A stretch of DNA of 64,000 nucleotides from assembly GCF_009914755.1 (NCBI RefSeq), contig NC_060927.1; one strand, written 5' to 3'. Of the stretch, positions 61,255 to 64,000 are shown piece by piece. This stretch comes from the human T2T-CHM13v2.0 reference genome, Homo sapiens. Position numbers and translations under genes: made by a program. Each line of letters starts with the position of its first letter. Position 1 is the stretch's first letter. The notes beneath the pieces were generated by a model. It saw only the letters and a list, made by a program, of their open reading frames with translations, was not told the DNA's origin and searched no databases.

Positions 61255-64000
61255 TCTGCTCTGTCTAAAGGAAGGTTCAACTCTGTGAGTTGAATACACA
61301 CACACAAAGAAGCTACTGAGAATTCTTTTTTCAAGAAATTATAAGAAGAAATCCCGTTTCCAACGAAGGCCTCAAAGAGTTCCAAATATCCACTTGCACA
61401 CTGCACAAACTAAGTCTTTCCAAACTGCTCTATGCAAAGAAATGTTCAACTCTGTGAGTTTAATACACACATCACAAAGCAGTTTCTGAGAATGATACTG
61501 TCTAGTTTTTATACGAAGATATTTCCTTTTGTACCATTGGCCTCATACTGCTAGAATTTTCCACTTGCAAATTCCACAAAAAGAGTGTTTCCAATCCGCT
61601 CTGTCTAAAGGAAGGTTCAACTCTCTGATTTGAATACATACATCCCAAAAGAAGTTACTGAGAATTCTTCTGTCTAGCATTATGTGAAGAAATCCCGTTT
61701 CCAACGAAAGCCTCAAAGAGGTCCAAATATCCAGTTGCAGAATTTACAAACTGACTGTTTCCAAACTCATCTATGAAAAGAAAGGTTAAACTCTGTGAGT
61801 TGAATGCACATATCACAAAGTAGTTCCTGAGAATGATTCTGTCTAGTTTTCATACGAAGATATTTCCTTTTCCACCAATGGCCTCAAAGTGCTTGAAATC
61901 TCCCCTTGCAAATTCCACAGACAAGTGTTTCAAATCTGCACTGTCTAAAGGAAGGTTCAACCCTGTGAGTTGAATACACACACACAGAAAAAAATTCACT
62001 GAGAATTCTATTGTCTATCATTACACGAAGAAATCCCGTTTACTACGAAGGCCTCAAAGAGGTCCAAATATCCAGCTGCAGACATTACAAACTGAGTGTT
62101 TCCAAAGTGCTCTATGAAAAGAAGTGTTAAACACTGTGAGTTCAATGCACACATCCCAAAGCAGTTTCTGAGAATGATGCCGTCTATTTTTTCTACGAAG
62201 ATATTTCCTTTTCTGCCGTTGGCCTCAAAGCGCTTGAAATCTCCACTTGCAAATTCCACAAAAAGAGAGTTTCAAATCTGCTCTGTCTAAAGGAAGGTTC
62301 AACTCTGTGAGTTGAATACACACCACAAAAAGAAGTTACTGAGAATTCTTCTGTCTAGCATTATATGAAAAATCCCGTTTCCAACGAAGGCCACAAAGAG
62401 GTCCAAATATCCACTTGCAGATTCTGCAAAAAGAGTGTTTCCAAACTGCTCTATGAAAAGAAACGTTAAACTCTGTGAGTTGAACGCAAACATCACAAAG
62501 TAGTTTCTGAGAATGACTCCGTCTAGTTTTTATACGAAGATATTTCCTTTCCTACCATTCACTTCAAAGCGCTTGAAGTCTCCCCCTGAAAATTCCACAA
62601 AAAGTGTTTCCAATCTGCTCCGCCTAAAGGAAGCTTCAACTCTGTGACTTGAATACCCACAACCCAAAGAAGTTACTGAGAATTCTTCTGTCTAGCATTA
62701 TATGAAGAAATCCCGTTTCCAACGAAGGCCTCAAATACATCCAAATATCCAGTTGCTGACTTTACAAACTGAGTGTTTCCAAACTGCTCTATGAAAAGAA
62801 AGGTTAAACACTGTGAGTTGAACACACACGTACCAAAGTAGTTTCTGAGAATGATTCTGTCTAGTTTGCATACGAAGATATTTCCTTTTCTACCATTGGC
62901 CTCAAAGCTCTGAAATCTCCACTTGCAAATTCCACAAAAAGAGAGTTTCAAATCTGCTGTTTCTAAAGGAAAGTTCAACTCTGAGAGTTGAATACACACC
63001 AGAAAAAGCAGTTACTGAGAAGTCTTCTGTCTAGCATTATATGAAGAAATCCCATTTCCAACGAAGACTTCAAAGAGGTCCAAATATCCACTTGCAGATT
63101 CTGCAAAAAGAGTGTTTCGAAACAACTGTATGAAAAGAAAGGTTAAACACTGTGAGTTGAACGCACACATTGCAAAGCGGTTTCTGAGAATGATTCCGTC
63201 TAATTATTATACGAAGGTATTTCCTTTTCTATCATTGGCCTCAAAGCGCTTGATACCTCCACCTGAAAATTCCACAAAAAGAGTGTTTCCAATCTACTCT
63301 GTCTAAAGGAACGTTCAACTCTGTGAGTTGAATACACACACACAGAAAGAATTCACTGAGAATTCTTCTGTCTGGCAGTACATGAAGAAATCCCGTTTCC
63401 AACGAAGGCCTCAAAGAGGTCCAAATATCCACTTGCAGATTCTGCAAAAAGAGTGTTTCAAAACCGCTCCATTAAAAGGAATGTTGAACTCTGTGAGTTG
63501 AATGCAAACATCACAACTCAGTTTCTGAGAATGCTTCTGACTAGATTTTATGGTAAGATATTTCCTTTTCTACCGTAGGCTTCAATGCCCTCTAAATACA
63601 CCCTTGCAAATTCTACAAAGAGACTGTTTCATAACTGCTCTATAGGAAGAAAGGTTGAACTCTGTGAGTTGAATGCAGAGATCACAACGTGGTTTCTGCG
63701 AATGATTCTTTGTAGTTTTTACATGAAGATATTTCGTTGTCAACCGTAGGCTTCAAAGCACTCAAAGTATTCACTTGGAACTTTTACAAAAAGAGTGTTA
63801 GAAAACTGCTCTTTCCAAAGTAAGGTTCAACTCTGTGAGTTGAATGCACACATAACAATCAAGAAGTTTCTGAGAATTCTTCTGTCCTGGTTTATATGAA
63901 AAAATCCCGTTTCCAACGAAGGCCTCAAAGACGTTTAAATATCCACTTGCAGACTTCACAAACAGAGGGTTTCCAAACTGCTCTATGAAAAGAAAGGTTA
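61255..64000 (-). repeat. 17-mer HOR copy 3 (partial, truncated by window end)
   Basis: Seen: box positions at 61352, 61693, 62034, 62373, 62711, 63050 (mutated), 63391, 63905, each 2892 bp from copy 2 owing to a 1-bp insertion near 61336 (CAAGAAATT versus CAAGAATT). Confidence 0.95.

Larger units (their letters stand above)
55474..64000 (-). repeat. Alpha satellite higher-order repeat array, 17 x ~170 bp (2891 bp), probably chromosome 3 D3Z1 (S01/1C3H1L); open at the right edge
   Basis: Seen: ~170-bp monomers with alphoid motifs (TTCAACTCTGTGAGTTGAAT, TTTCTGAGAATG), CENP-B boxes reading on the - strand, near-exact repetition at 2891/2892 bp (ORF offsets 56225->59116->62008). Alpha satellite identity is certain. 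The D3Z1 assignment is inferred from the 17-mer length, dimeric A/B pattern and HSat1A adjacency. Confidence 0.93.

Noticed and set aside
56225-63447. ORFs on both strands in the alpha satellite
   Set aside because: They recur at the 2891-bp HOR period and are chance open frames in alphoid DNA.
55474-64000. Assignment to chromosome 4 (D4Z1), 17 (D17Z1) or X (DXZ1)
   Set aside because: Their canonical HORs are 19, 16 and 12 monomers. The observed unit is 17 monomers with a dimeric box pattern.
1-64000. Embedded transposons, inversions or unique sequence islands
   Set aside because: I saw no Alu or L1 sequence, poly(A) tail or strand switch. Both arrays keep one orientation throughout, although a very short insertion could be missed by eye.

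Overview
This window is human centromeric satellite DNA and contains no credible gene. Bases 1-55473 are an AT-rich Human Satellite 1A (HSat1A/SAR) array. Its 42-bp monomers (17-bp plus 25-bp GTAC-delimited subunits) form a 9-monomer 378-bp unit with a common 373-bp variant, plus nested duplications at 751, 918, 2038, 6492, 7855, 31257 and 39112 bp offsets. At about 55474 the sequence switches abruptly to alpha satellite on the minus strand: nearly three copies of a 2891-bp, 17-monomer higher-order repeat (HOR), each with 8 CENP-B box positions of which 7 are intact. A 17-mer dimeric HOR directly abutting HSat1A best fits the chromosome 3 D3Z1 array, which is known to be interrupted by HSat1A. 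All ORFs in the track are repeat artefacts, and I found no new protein-coding system. The best leads are the junction structure, the nested duplication history of HSat1A, and two strand-specific RNA motif arrays in HSat1A: Pumilio elements on + and a poly(A)-site layout on -. The motif arrays are hypotheses only. All comparisons were made by eye and from ORF-track offsets.
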